Shown: positions 1 to 9,827 of the stretch, piece by piece
Layout: each line of letters opens with the position of its first letter
How positions within the stretch are numbered: position 1 is the stretch's first letter
DNA from: an uncultured bacterium
GTDB lineage: Bacteria; Omnitrophota; Omnitrophia; Omnitrophales; Aquincolibacteriaceae
DNA: 64,000 nucleotides
Reading direction: 5' to 3'
Assembly (NCBI GenBank): GCA_964434115.1
Contig: CAYSSX010000005.1
Span: 95,063-159,062, forward strand
The notes under the pieces: model-generated
Told to the model about the DNA's origin: nothing
The model's input: the letters and a program-made list of their open reading frames with translations, nothing else
Database searches by the model: none
Made by a program: the position numbers and the translations under genes

Positions 1-165
1 TTACTTCTTTTCCTTGAATGCCACATGCTTGCGCAGGGTCGGATCGTACTTGCGAAGTTCAAGACGTTCCGCGTTGTTACGTTTATTTTTGGAGACGTAG
101 TAAGAAAAGCTGCTTTCTGTGCTGCGCAGCTGAACATTGACGCGTGCTCCTTCTTTTTTTGCCAT
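1..165 (-). CDS. rpmG: 50S ribosomal protein L33 (54 aa)
   Basis: Reverse-complement translation is MAKKEGARVNVQLRSTESSFSYYVSKNKRNNAERLELRKYDPTLRKHVAFKEKK. This matches the L33 core (TTKNKRN...LELRKFDP..HV..KE.K). ATG is at 165 with AAGGAGG 8 nt upstream, and the TAA stop is at 1-3. The gene is missing from the supplied ORF track because it is shorter than 60 aa. Confidence 0.85.
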   Translation of the reverse strand: MAKKEGARVNVQLRSTESSFSYYVSKNKRNNAERLELRKYDPTLRKHVAFKEKK

Positions 166-189
166 GATGAGTTCCTCCTTTCCTGTGGC

Positions 190-783
190 TTACGCCAGAA
201 GTTTTTTTAACAGTTCCGAATGCTTCCGGACTACTGGAAGTTTCGGGAATTCTTTTACAATCACGGGCGGCGGGTTAAAAAGGATCCCCTCATCCGCGGC
301 GTGAATCATTGTCAAATCATTGTAAGAATCACCGGCCGCCTTCACATGAAAGTTGAGTTTCTTAAGCGCGCGGACCGCGTGTTCTTTCCCGTTCTTCAAA
401 CGAAGGTGATAATCCGAGACAAACCCTTTTTTATCAACACTCAGGTAATTACAGAAAAGGGTCGGCCAGCCGAGCTGCCGCATCAAGGGCCGGGCGAATT
501 CATAAAACGTATCGGAAAGAATAATCACTTCCCGCTGACTTCTCAGTTCATCCAGGAATTTTTTGGCTCCCGGAAGGGGCTTGATCGTCGCAATCACGCC
601 CTGAATATCTTTCAGTGTGATTTTCCAGTCGCGCAGAATAGCGATTCGGTATTTCATCAATTTGTCGTAATCGCGGATCTCCCGGGTTGTAAGCCGGAGA
701 TCCTTGATGCGGGTCTTTTCCGCCACCTTGATCCAGATTTCCGGGACCAGGACGCCTTCGAGGTCGAGACAGCAGACTTTCAT
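190..783 (-). CDS. HAD-superfamily phosphoserine phosphatase / homoserine phosphotransferase (ThrH-like)
   Basis: HAD motifs are present: DLEGVL (motif I), ILSDTFYEF, and AAGDSYND (motif IV). Overall similarity is to ThrH/SerB-like small phosphatases. The likely true start is the internal [10 protein letters not shown] at 783. The 24-aa upstream extension in the ORF track overlaps the sdhB stop. Confidence 0.7.
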   Translation of the reverse strand: MKVCCLDLEGVLVPEIWIKVAEKTRIKDLRLTTREIRDYDKLMKYRIAILRDWKITLKDIQGVIATIKPLPGAKKFLDELRSQREVIILSDTFYEFARPLMRQLGWPTLFCNYLSVDKKGFVSDYHLRLKNGKEHAVRALKKLNFHVKAAGDSYNDLTMIHAADEGILFNPPPVIVKEFPKLPVVRKHSELLKKLLA

Positions 784-1523
784 GCCTTCGTTGAACCTTT
801 CAAATATTCGCGGTTCATTTTGGCAATGAAGTCGACACTGATCTCTTTCGGACACGCGGCTTCACATTCGTAATGGTTGGTGCAATTGCCAAAATTTTCA
901 TTATCCATCGTACGGATCATGTTTTTCACGCGTTCGGCGGCTTCCACCTTCCCTTGAGGAAGAAGCGCCAGATGTGAAACCTTGGCCGCGACAAAAAGCA
1001 TGGCCGAGGCATTGGGACAAGCCGCCACACAGGCCCCGCAGCCGATGCAGGCCGCGGCGTCCATGGCTTTGTCCGAGTCCGGTTTAGAAATCAGGATCGC
1101 GTTCGCGTCCGGAACTCCGCCCGTAGACGCAGAGGTAAAGCCGCCCGATTGAACAATGCGGTCAAACGCGCCGCGGTTCACCATCAAATCCTTCAGCACG
1201 GGAAACGCCTTGGCGCGCCAAGGTTCAATGTAAATGTCGTCGCCATTCTTGAATCGCCGCATGTGAAGCTGGCACACGGTCGTGCCGCCGTCCGGACCAT
1301 GCGGCCGGCCGTTAATCACAAGCGAGCACGCGCCGCAAATGCCTTCGCGGCAGTCATGGTCAAAAACGACGGGGTCTTCCCCTTTGGCCGTCAATTCTTC
1401 GTTTAAAGTATCCAGCATTTCAAGAAACGACATATGGTCGTTGATCCCTTTGACGGAATACTTCACCATACGCCCTTGGTCTTCACCGTTTTTTTGGCGC
1501 CACACATGGAGAGTCAGGTCCAT
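780..1523 (-). CDS. sdhB: succinate dehydrogenase / fumarate reductase iron-sulfur subunit
   Basis: The 2Fe-2S motif (CREGICGAC) and two 4Fe-4S cysteine clusters ([12 protein letters not shown] and [13 protein letters not shown]) are present. The AAGGAG SD lies inside the sdhA 3' end. The start overlaps the sdhA stop (TAATG). Confidence 0.93.
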   Translation of the reverse strand: MDLTLHVWRQKNGEDQGRMVKYSVKGINDHMSFLEMLDTLNEELTAKGEDPVVFDHDCREGICGACSLVINGRPHGPDGGTTVCQLHMRRFKNGDDIYIEPWRAKAFPVLKDLMVNRGAFDRIVQSGGFTSASTGGVPDANAILISKPDSDKAMDAAACIGCGACVAACPNASAMLFVAAKVSHLALLPQGKVEAAERVKNMIRTMDNENFGNCTNHYECEAACPKEISVDFIAKMNREYLKGSTKA

Positions 1524-3442
1524 TACTTGTAACTCCTTTGCGCGAGCTTCACGCTTTCATAGGCCAGCGGCTCCTTATGAAGCACCGGTGCCTGACCGTA
1601 CTTGGTATATTCCCAGGCGGCGACATAACAATAGTCGTCGTCATTGCGAAGCGCTTCGCCGTCCTCGGTCTGATGCTCGGTACGGAAATGGCCGCCGCAG
1701 GATTCCTTGCGGTGAAGCGCGTCATAGCACATGAGTTCACCGAACTCGAGGAAATCCGCCACGCGGCCCGCGCGTTCCAGCGCCTGATTGACTTCTTCAC
1801 CTTCGCCCAGGACCTTGACGTTCTTCCAGAATTCTTCGCGGATTTCAGGGATCTTCTTAAGGGCCTGCTTGAGGCCGGCTTCATCACGGGCCATACCGCA
1901 TTTGTCCCACAGCAGCTTCCCAAGCTCGCGGTGAAAATCATCCACGCTGCGCGTGCCCTTGATGGAAAGAAGTTTTTTAATTTTGTCCGAAGCCTCGGTT
2001 TCGCTCTTCTTGAATTCCGCGTGGTCTGTTTTTACGGCGCCCGGCTTTGTCTTGGCAAGATAATCGGCAATGGTAAAAGGGAGAACGAAATAGCCGTCGG
2101 CAAGCCCCTGCATGAGCGCGCTCGCGCCAAGACGGTTCGCGCCGTGGTCGGAAAAGTTGGCCTCGCCGATCACAAAAAGGCCGGGCACATTGCTCATCAG
2201 ATTGTAATCCACCCAAAGGCCGCCCATGGTGTAGTGAATCGCGGGATAAATTCTCATCGGCGCTTTGTAGGGGTCTTCGCCCGTGATCTTGGCATACATG
2301 TGGAAAAGGTTGCCGTAACGCTCGCGGATCACATTCTCGCCAAGGCGCTTAATGGCGTCGGCAAAATCAAGGTAAACACCCTGCCCGCCGGGACCGACAC
2401 CGCGGCCATCATCACAGGCTTCCTTGGCCGCCCGCGAAGAAATGTCACGCGGGGCGAGGTTGCCGTAGCTCGGATATTTGCGTTCCAGATAATAATCGCG
2501 CTCGCTGTCCGGAATTTCGTGCGGCAAACGCTGGTCGCCTTTTTTCAAAGGCACCCAAATGCGGCCGTCATTGCGAAGGGACTCTGACATCAGCGTGAGC
2601 TTTGATTGATAGTCGCCGCTGACCGGAATGCAGGTCGGATGAATCTGCGTAAAACACGGATTAGCAAGCAGCGCACCTTTTTTGTGGGCGCGGTAAATCG
2701 CGGTCACGTTGCAGCCCTTGGCATTCGTCGAAAGGTAAAACACATTGCCGTAGCCTCCGGTCGCGAGTACGACCGCGTCGCCTGCATGCGCCGAAATTTT
2801 TCCAGTCACCAGATCGCGCACGATAATGCCCTTGGCCTGACCGTCCACAACGACAAGGTCGAGCATTTCTGTGCGCGGATGCATCTTCACAGCGCCGAGA
2901 CCAATCTGGCGTGAAAGGGCCTGATACGCGCCAAGAAGCAGCTGCTGCCCTGTCTGCCCGCGCGCATAAAAAGTACGCGACACCTGCGCACCGCCGAAAG
3001 AGCGGTTGGACAAATAACCGCTGTATTCGCGGGCAAACGGAACACCCTGCGCAACACATTGGTCAATAATGCTCGAGCTGACCTGCGCAAGGCGGTACAC
3101 ATTGGCTTCACGCGCGCGGAAATCGCCGCCCTTAATGGTGTCATAGAAAAGACGCTTCACGCTGTCGCCGTCGTTCTGGTAATTTTTGGCCGCGTTAATA
3201 CCGCCCTGAGCCGCAATACTATGGGCGCGGCGCGGGCTGTCCTGAAAACAAAAGGACTCCACCTGATACCCCTGCTCTGCCAGCGTTGCCGCCGCCGAAG
3301 CGCCTGCTAAACCTGTTCCGACAACAAGCACCTTGTATTTGCGCTTGTTGGACGGACTCACCAGCTTCATGTCAAAGCAGTGTTTCTCCCATTTTAATTC
3401 GAGCGGTCCGGAAGGAATTTTGGAATCGAGTTTAATCGTCAT
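1523..3442 (-). CDS. sdhA: succinate dehydrogenase / fumarate reductase flavoprotein subunit (Bacteroides/Chlorobi-type N-terminus)
   Basis: A FAD-binding GxGxxG ([12 protein letters not shown]) follows a ~45 aa leader, [12 protein letters not shown]. Covalent-FAD His context ([14 protein letters not shown]) and catalytic-region motifs are present. The start was chosen at MTIKLDSK (3442) rather than the 20-codon longer ORF start at 3502. Confidence 0.92.
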   Translation of the reverse strand: MTIKLDSKIPSGPLELKWEKHCFDMKLVSPSNKRKYKVLVVGTGLAGASAAATLAEQGYQVESFCFQDSPRRAHSIAAQGGINAAKNYQNDGDSVKRLFYDTIKGGDFRAREANVYRLAQVSSSIIDQCVAQGVPFAREYSGYLSNRSFGGAQVSRTFYARGQTGQQLLLGAYQALSRQIGLGAVKMHPRTEMLDLVVVDGQAKGIIVRDLVTGKISAHAGDAVVLATGGYGNVFYLSTNAKGCNVTAIYRAHKKGALLANPCFTQIHPTCIPVSGDYQSKLTLMSESLRNDGRIWVPLKKGDQRLPHEIPDSERDYYLERKYPSYGNLAPRDISSRAAKEACDDGRGVGPGGQGVYLDFADAIKRLGENVIRERYGNLFHMYAKITGEDPYKAPMRIYPAIHYTMGGLWVDYNLMSNVPGLFVIGEANFSDHGANRLGASALMQGLADGYFVLPFTIADYLAKTKPGAVKTDHAEFKKSETEASDKIKKLLSIKGTRSVDDFHRELGKLLWDKCGMARDEAGLKQALKKIPEIREEFWKNVKVLGEGEEVNQALERAGRVADFLEFGELMCYDALHRKESCGGHFRTEHQTEDGEALRNDDDYCYVAAWEYTKYGQAPVLHKEPLAYESVKLAQRSYK

Positions 3443-3449
3443 AGGAGTC

Positions 3450-4133
3450 TCAGTGAACAAGCCCGAAAAGAATCGACAGTGGAATGGAAATGAAACCGGC
3501 AAAAAGCAGGGCCGCGAACCCGCGCGCCGCGCATTGCAGCTTCGCGCGGCAGCACTCGCTCTTCAATACACCGAGCGTTTGAAGAAGACTGGAAAGCCCA
3601 TGCGCCAAATGCATGGCCAGCAGGATCTGGGCCACAACATACGCCAGAACAATAAAGGGGTTTTGGAAACTCTTCACCACCATCCCGTAAACATCGTGAC
3701 GCCCAAGAGAATCCATGCCATGAGAAATATCGGGATTCGTAACTTTAAGCGTAAAGTGGAGGATGTGATAAATGATAAAAGCGAGAATAATCAAGCCGGA
3801 CATGGCCATGGTGCGCGCCGCATAAGTTGTGCGGACGGGTTCATAAGATTTATAAGCCACGGGTCTTGCGGCACGGTTCTCAAGGGTCAGCTGAACTGCC
3901 GTCACAATATGCGTGATCACCGTAGTCAAAAGGACAATGCGCGCGACCCAGAGAAGAGGTCCCAGGTTCCTCAAATGCTCTGCGTAGCTATTCATGGCAT
4001 TGGGTCCCAGATAGATCAAAAGATTGCCCAGAAGATGGGCAATAAGAAATCCCACTAAGAGGAAACCTGAAAACGCCATCAGAAATTTTTTGCCGACCGA
4101 AGTACGGAAAAGGCAAGAACTGGCATCTGTCAT
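3450..4133 (-). CDS. sdhC: succinate dehydrogenase cytochrome b subunit (5-TM, type B SQR/QFR)
   Basis: It is polytopic with conserved His residues in TM helices. It lies immediately upstream of sdhA, 8 bp apart. Its size matches single-subunit dihaem anchors of Bacteroides-type SdhCAB. Confidence 0.8.
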   Translation of the reverse strand: MTDASSCLFRTSVGKKFLMAFSGFLLVGFLIAHLLGNLLIYLGPNAMNSYAEHLRNLGPLLWVARIVLLTTVITHIVTAVQLTLENRAARPVAYKSYEPVRTTYAARTMAMSGLIILAFIIYHILHFTLKVTNPDISHGMDSLGRHDVYGMVVKSFQNPFIVLAYVVAQILLAMHLAHGLSSLLQTLGVLKSECCRAKLQCAARGFAALLFAGFISIPLSILFGLVH

Positions 4134-4242
4134 AAAGATGCGGAAATCCTTCTTTGATTTTTGTGGTTAAGTACTCTTTGAGGAAAAACTTAGGTAGTGT
4201 ATCACGGAACTCAAAAACCGTCATCCAGAGATACAAAAAAAA

Positions 4243-4674
4243 CTAAGCGGAAGGGCCCGGGGCCAGAAATAAGAGGGTGGGGCGGATAAACCCGCCTGCA
4301 GGAGCCCTCAAACCAAGCTTGTCCCCAGCCTGAACAGACTCTAAGTTACCGGCTCTAACCTCAAGCACAGCATGAGTTTGGCGTGGAGCGCCTACAGCTT
4401 TCCAGGGAGCTTCCCCCGCCCTCACCGCGAGGACGACACCCGCCTTATCGAGGAAAACGAGATCCAGGGAAAATCGCATAAAACAGGTGTGAATGGCGCC
4501 GCAAGGCACAAGCAAAAGACCCTGGCCTTTGGGAAGATCCCGTCTCAGCTGAAGCCCGGCAAAACGCGCCCAGAAGGAATCTGCGGTCCGGAGTTCCTGG
4601 ACAACAACCTCGGCGGTTCGGGTATTGATTAATTCATACCGTAATTTTTGTTTTCCCATCGCAATGCGGATCAT
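4243..4674 (-). CDS. DUF192 (COG1430) domain protein
   Basis: The central block ...GLQLRRDLPKGQGLLLVPCGAIHTCFMRFSLDLVFLDKAGVVLAV... matches the DUF192 signature. It sits upstream of and co-oriented with sdhCAB. Confidence 0.65.
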   Translation of the reverse strand: MIRIAMGKQKLRYELINTRTAEVVVQELRTADSFWARFAGLQLRRDLPKGQGLLLVPCGAIHTCFMRFSLDLVFLDKAGVVLAVRAGEAPWKAVGAPRQTHAVLEVRAGNLESVQAGDKLGLRAPAGGFIRPTLLFLAPGPSA

Positions 4675-4688
4675 ACCTGATCCCGGGC

Positions 4689-4707
4689 TTTATGCCCAGA
4701 GCATAAA
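4689..4707. promoter_or_regulatory. perfect inverted repeat TTTATGC-N5-GCATAAA in the divergent DUF192/peroxiredoxin intergenic region (candidate operator)
   Basis: Read directly from the sequence. It is a 7-bp perfect palindrome with a 5-bp spacer, AT-rich, 30 bp upstream of the predicted -35. Confidence 0.4.
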
Positions 4708-4738
4708 CCTTATCAGACCTTTTTTGTCTGCTTATTTC

Positions 4739-4766
4739 TAGACATCAATTTTCAGTGTGTTAGAAT
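4739..4766 (+). promoter_or_regulatory. sigma70-type promoter for the peroxiredoxin/sodB genes: -35 TAGACA, 16-bp spacer, extended -10 TGtTAGAAT
   Basis: -35 TAGACA is at 4739-4744. TGT plus TAGAAT is at 4758-4766. The predicted TSS is ~75 nt upstream of the ATG at 4848. Confidence 0.5.
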
Positions 4767-4847
4767 GGTCGCCCCGCTGGAACTTGGATTTCAACGCCCC
4801 GGTTTTTCAGCTGTCTTTTTACAACTTAATCACAGGAGGATGTACCC

Positions 4848-5411
4848 ATGGTCAAGATCGGCGAAAAAGTAACGGATTTTCAGGCAAAGGCTTATCACGG
4901 CGACGACATCAAAACGGTAAAACTTTCCGACTACAAAGGCAAATGGGTCGTCATGGTTTTTTATCCGGCCGACTTCACGTTTATCTGCCCGACCGAACTC
5001 GAAGAACTCGCCCTCAATTATGAGGCTTTCCAGAAGCTTGGAGCAGAGATTCTTTCCGTCAGCACCGACACAGTTTTCACGCACAAAGCATGGCATGATG
5101 TGTCACCGGCCATCAAGAAGATCAAGTACCCGATGCTGGCCGATGCGAGTCAGGCTCTTTGCCGCGAATTCGGAACGCTCATTGAAGGCGAAGGCCTTTC
5201 GCTCAGGGGTTCTTTCATCATTGATCCGGACGGCGTTCTGAAATGCATTGAAATCCACGACAATTCGATTGGCCGCAGCGCGGAAGAACTTCTGCGCAAG
5301 GTCCAGGCTGCGAAATTCGTGCGCGAGAACAAAGGCGAAGTTTGTCCCGCCAACTGGAAGCCCGGCAAGAACACGCTGAAGCCTGGCCTGAATCTCGTCG
5401 GCAAAATCTAA
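4848..5411 (+). CDS. 2-Cys peroxiredoxin (AhpC/Tsa family)
   Basis: Peroxidatic Cys (FTFICPTEL) and resolving Cys (VCPANW) are present. AGGAGGA SD is at 4834-4840. Confidence 0.93.
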   Translation: MVKIGEKVTDFQAKAYHGDDIKTVKLSDYKGKWVVMVFYPADFTFICPTELEELALNYEAFQKLGAEILSVSTDTVFTHKAWHDVSPAIKKIKYPMLADASQALCREFGTLIEGEGLSLRGSFIIDPDGVLKCIEIHDNSIGRSAEELLRKVQAAKFVRENKGEVCPANWKPGKNTLKPGLNLVGKI

Positions 5412-5496
5412 ACTTTACCTCCCCCGAAAACGGGACAGCTAAGACTGCCGCCGCAAATAAAGCGGGCAGTCCCAGCCCAACAAGAGGAGAAACTTT

Positions 5497-6102
<606 letters not shown>

Positions 6103-6129
6103 ACAAAAAGTTTTAAGGAATACAGCGGG

Positions 6130-6157
6130 GCGGGAGAAATCCTGTCCCGCTTTTTTT
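6130..6157 (+). terminator. rho-independent terminator after sodB
   Basis: GCGGGA / TCCCGC 6-bp GC stem with a 9-nt loop, followed by T7 (6151-6157). Confidence 0.7.
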
Positions 6158-6587
6158 ATGCCCGGGAACGGAGTTTCTTGATAACAGGAAGGGCCGTCTT
6201 TACAAATTCGCGGTCTTTGGGGTGGGTCAAATGTTTCGCCACGTCCTCGGGCTCAAACCATTTCAGGCCTGCAATGCTTCGGTCTTTCGGTTTTGTTTTT
6301 TTCTCGGACGTAAAAAAAAGAAAGATGTGCATGGTTTTAAGTTCGGCTAAATCGTCCTTGCCGTCTTTGCCGATTTTGTAACGCTTGTAACTGCCGAGTT
6401 CTTTCTTGAGTTCAAGCTTTGTAATTCCCGCCTCTTCATAAATCTCGCGGAGAGCAGCTTCCAGAGGAGTTTCTTTTCCCTCAAGATGGCCTTTGGGAAG
6501 CGACCAGACATTGCGCCGCTGTTCGACAAGAAGAACCTTGCCTTCATCATTCAGAATAATGCCGCCCGCGCTCTGTGTTTTCTTCAT
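6156..6587 (-). CDS. NUDIX hydrolase
   Basis: Nudix box GHLEGKETPLEAALREIYEEAGI is present. The start was chosen at MKKTQ (6587), 1 nt after the ClC stop. The ORF-track start at 6656 would overlap ClC. Confidence 0.85.
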   Translation of the reverse strand: MKKTQSAGGIILNDEGKVLLVEQRRNVWSLPKGHLEGKETPLEAALREIYEEAGITKLELKKELGSYKRYKIGKDGKDDLAELKTMHIFLFFTSEKKTKPKDRSIAGLKWFEPEDVAKHLTHPKDREFVKTALPVIKKLRSRA

Positions 6588-6588
6588 T

Positions 6589-8634
6589 TCAGGACTGCTC
6601 CTTAAAGGAGAGATAGATTTTATGCTCTTCCAGCCACTTGCGAAAAACCGCCTCATGGTTCAGCAAAACGGTTGCTGTAATTTTATCTTGCGGCTGAAAA
6701 ACGGTATTGCCATGCGGGATGATTGTTTCGCCATTCCGCAAAATCATATTTAAAACTACCCCCTCGGGAATCACAAGCTGCCGAAGCTCCTTTCCAGCCA
6801 AAGAAGACCGCCCCGACACACGAAAGCGAACCGTAAGAACTTTTCCGTCGCGGTGGTGTTCCATGCGGCTAAACAGTTCTTCACGTTTGACGGCAAGATT
6901 TGCAACGGCTCGGAAAACATCTTCCGACTTAAGAACACCTAGGGGTATCCCGTGTTTTTCCGGACTCATCACTGGAAGAACATCGAGCTCCTGGATTTTC
7001 ATCAAATGAACCGCGTCCCCAAGGGAATCGTCAGGGTAACAGCTTTCATAAATTGGACTCGCGAGATCCTCCACGATCACATGACTCATATTTTCTCCGG
7101 AAACCAGCACCTTCTCAAATATCTCAGGTGTTAGAATTCCGGTCACAGCGCCCTGTGCATTGACAGAAAAAAATGTCTTTCCCTGCAGCTGTGAAATTTT
7201 TTCCAGCACTTCCTTTGCGGTCATCTGGTTTGAAAACTTTTCAAACCTGAGGCTCATGGCATCCGCAACCCTCAAGACACTCAGGAAAGATGTGCTGTCA
7301 ACCGAATCAACATCGATCCCCTGTCTTTTCAGCTTTACTGTGTCGATCGGTTCGGGCTGGAATTTTTGGGAAAGTGCCGCGGCAATCACTGTTGCGGCCA
7401 TGAGCGGAAGGATCATCCGGTAGTCCCCCGTCATCTCAAAAACAAGAAGAATTGCCGTCACGGGGGCATGAAAGGCCCCGGCAAAAACACTGGCCATTCC
7501 CACCAGAGCATAGGCCCCTGGAGTTCCGGTAGGAAACGGCATATGGCCTTGAATCAAAAAACCAAAAGCCCCCCCTAGTGCGCCGCCGATAAAAAGCGCA
7601 GGTGCAAAGGTCCCTCCGGTACAGCCGGAACCCATGGAAATTGATGTCGCCAAAGCCTTCACTATAAGAACTGCCAAAAGAGTTTCAAGCACAAGCCGGC
7701 CATGGAGCATGCTTTCCATAGTGCTGAATCCCATGCTGGAAATTCCCGGAAGGTAAAACGCCATTCCGCCGACCACGAGACCTCCGATGGCGGGCTTGGT
7801 CCAGAAAGGCACTTTTATTTTTTCAAAAAATCGGTCGATGCGGTCAAAAACAAAAATAAAAGCGCAGGCCGAAAAGGCTGAAAGAACACCCAGCAGACAA
7901 TACAGAGGTATTTCAAAAGGATCCGCAAGGCTGTGAATGGGAATTGTGAATGCCGGAGACTGTCCTAAGAAAATGCGGCTGACGATACTGGACGAAACGG
8001 AAGCAATGACAATGGTGCTTAGTGCTTTTGCACCAAAATCACGGAAAATAATTTCAAGACAAAACATCACGGCTGTGATTGGCGCATTAAAAACGGCCGC
8101 AATTCCCGCCGCCGCACCGCAAGCCACAAGATTTTTAACTCTTACGGAATTCAAACCCAAAGTCCGGCCGATCTTTGACCCGATTCCGGCCCCGATGTGT
8201 ACCGCAGGTCCTTCACGTCCCGTTGAAAAACCTGCTCCAAGAGAAAGAATCGAAGTAAGAGCGCGGACGACTGTCGCGCGAAATGAGAGGTAGCCTCCCT
8301 TGAGTGCGAGTGCCTGAAGAACATCAGGGACGCCTTGAGCCTTACTCTCTGGAATGAAAAGACAAGTCAAGAGGCCAACGATAATCCCGCCAAAAGCGGT
8401 TACCAGGGCAAAGGAAACAGGGCTAGAAAAAAAGTGCTGGAAGGGGCCCTGTAGATTCTTGAAAAAATCCAACGCACCATTAACGCCCCGGACATAACCC
8501 ACAACCGCGAGGCCTGTCAAACCTCCAACAATCATCGCAAGCGTCAAAGGCACCGCAAGCCGGGAACTATGCAGGGAGGCCCCAAGATTACGCTTCCAGA
8601 CTTCAAAGAAAGAAGTCTTTGTTTTCAATTCCAC
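6589..8634 (-). CDS. ClC-family chloride channel / H+-Cl- exchanger with C-terminal CBS pair and TrkA-C-like domain
   Basis: ClC selectivity motifs are present (GSGIP-like GREGPAVHIG and GxFAPALFIGG), with about 10 TM helices. The C-terminal soluble CBS region ends in a TrkA-C-like segment. Confidence 0.88.
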   Translation of the reverse strand: MELKTKTSFFEVWKRNLGASLHSSRLAVPLTLAMIVGGLTGLAVVGYVRGVNGALDFFKNLQGPFQHFFSSPVSFALVTAFGGIIVGLLTCLFIPESKAQGVPDVLQALALKGGYLSFRATVVRALTSILSLGAGFSTGREGPAVHIGAGIGSKIGRTLGLNSVRVKNLVACGAAAGIAAVFNAPITAVMFCLEIIFRDFGAKALSTIVIASVSSSIVSRIFLGQSPAFTIPIHSLADPFEIPLYCLLGVLSAFSACAFIFVFDRIDRFFEKIKVPFWTKPAIGGLVVGGMAFYLPGISSMGFSTMESMLHGRLVLETLLAVLIVKALATSISMGSGCTGGTFAPALFIGGALGGAFGFLIQGHMPFPTGTPGAYALVGMASVFAGAFHAPVTAILLVFEMTGDYRMILPLMAATVIAAALSQKFQPEPIDTVKLKRQGIDVDSVDSTSFLSVLRVADAMSLRFEKFSNQMTAKEVLEKISQLQGKTFFSVNAQGAVTGILTPEIFEKVLVSGENMSHVIVEDLASPIYESCYPDDSLGDAVHLMKIQELDVLPVMSPEKHGIPLGVLKSEDVFRAVANLAVKREELFSRMEHHRDGKVLTVRFRVSGRSSLAGKELRQLVIPEGVVLNMILRNGETIIPHGNTVFQPQDKITATVLLNHEAVFRKWLEEHKIYLSFKEQS

Positions 8635-8692
8635 CCCCTTTTGTAAATCGGGACAAAGCCATTGAAAAATGAACTCAAAGAAACAGGAAAAT

Positions 8693-9808
8693 CTAGGGAC
8701 GAAGGATGAGAAGCACCGCGGCCGTTAAAACGAGGTTCGCGAGTGCGATAGGAAAGATGCCTTTCCAGCCAAGCTCCATCAGCTGGTCATAGCGGAAACG
8801 CGGCAAGGTCCAGCGGACGGTCATGAACAGCCAGCAGAAAGAAACCACTTTGAAAGCAAAAGACCCGATTTGAAGAGCCACCACACCCAAATGTGGCACC
8901 TGGCAAACCGCGCCCCATGGGAAATGGAAACCATCCGCGAAAAGATACGGGACCTGCCAGCCGCCGAAGAAAAGCGCGGTGGTAAGGGCCGCGATCAAAA
9001 TGGTCTCAATAAAATCCGCGAAAAAAAACATGCCGAATTTCATGCCGCTGTATTCCGTAAAATACCCGACAATTTCCGATTCCGCTTCCGGCATGTCATA
9101 GGGAATGCGTTTGGTTTCAGCGATCCCCGCGGCCATAAAAAGAAAAAATCCGACCGGCTGGACAAACACGCCCCATTTGGGAAGCCATCCCCAGAGAAGC
9201 TGACCCTGCCCGCGCGCAATGGCTTGAAGATCCGTGGATCCGTAAATCATCACAACGCCGAGGATCGTAAGGCCGAGCGTGATTTCGTAGGCCAGCATCT
9301 GGCTTGACGCGCGCAGCCCGCCAAGGAACGCGTAATTGCTGTTGGAGGCATACCCCGCAAGGATCACGCCATACACCCCCATGGAGGTCATGGCAAACAC
9401 ATACAGAATGCCGACGTTCACGGGCGCTACCTGCAGATTAATTGTCTGCGACCCCAGAATCAAAACGTCGCCGAAAGGAATCACGGCAAACCCCATAAGG
9501 GAAAAAGACAGTGAAAGGATCGGGGCCAGGGTGTGCAGGAATTTATCGCCATACGGAGGGATGTAATCCTCTTTCATAAACATCTTGATGGCATCGGCGA
9601 TGGGATGAAAAAGGCCAAGCTTATTAACGGGGGCGAGAAGAAAATTAAGCGGGGCCGCCCATTTTCCGGGAATGGTCACGCGCGCGCGGTTGGCCCCCAC
9701 GCGGTCCTGCATCACGGCGCTCTGTTTGCGTTCAATCCAGGTGTGCAGGGCGGCGAAATTGATCACCATGAAGAGCACGAGCCCGGCAAGAATAATCGTG
9801 ACCAGCAT
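8693..9808 (-). CDS. nuoH: NADH-quinone oxidoreductase subunit H
   Basis: NuoH/ND1 signature blocks are present (GxxRxGPxGxxQ, loop AETNRxPFDxxEAESELV-like IAETKRIPYDMPEAESEIV). Confidence 0.95.
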   Translation of the reverse strand: MLVTIILAGLVLFMVINFAALHTWIERKQSAVMQDRVGANRARVTIPGKWAAPLNFLLAPVNKLGLFHPIADAIKMFMKEDYIPPYGDKFLHTLAPILSLSFSLMGFAVIPFGDVLILGSQTINLQVAPVNVGILYVFAMTSMGVYGVILAGYASNSNYAFLGGLRASSQMLAYEITLGLTILGVVMIYGSTDLQAIARGQGQLLWGWLPKWGVFVQPVGFFLFMAAGIAETKRIPYDMPEAESEIVGYFTEYSGMKFGMFFFADFIETILIAALTTALFFGGWQVPYLFADGFHFPWGAVCQVPHLGVVALQIGSFAFKVVSFCWLFMTVRWTLPRFRYDQLMELGWKGIFPIALANLVLTAAVLLILRP

Positions 9809-9827
9809 TCAGAAAGCTCCTAAAAAT

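Noticed and set aside
25-210. Plus-strand 61-aa ORF at the left edge
   Set aside because: It lies antisense to the clear rpmG (L33) gene on the minus strand (1..165), which has a strong SD. The plus-strand ORF has no SD and no motif.
3442-3502. N-terminal extensions in the supplied ORF track (sdhA, thrH-like, NUDIX, nuoA/B/C, GT4, small secreted proteins, DUF2237, zinc-ribbon protein)
   Set aside because: The longest-ORF starts overlap upstream genes or add residues with no homology. Internal ATGs with SDs and/or 1-4 nt coupling to the upstream stop were preferred.
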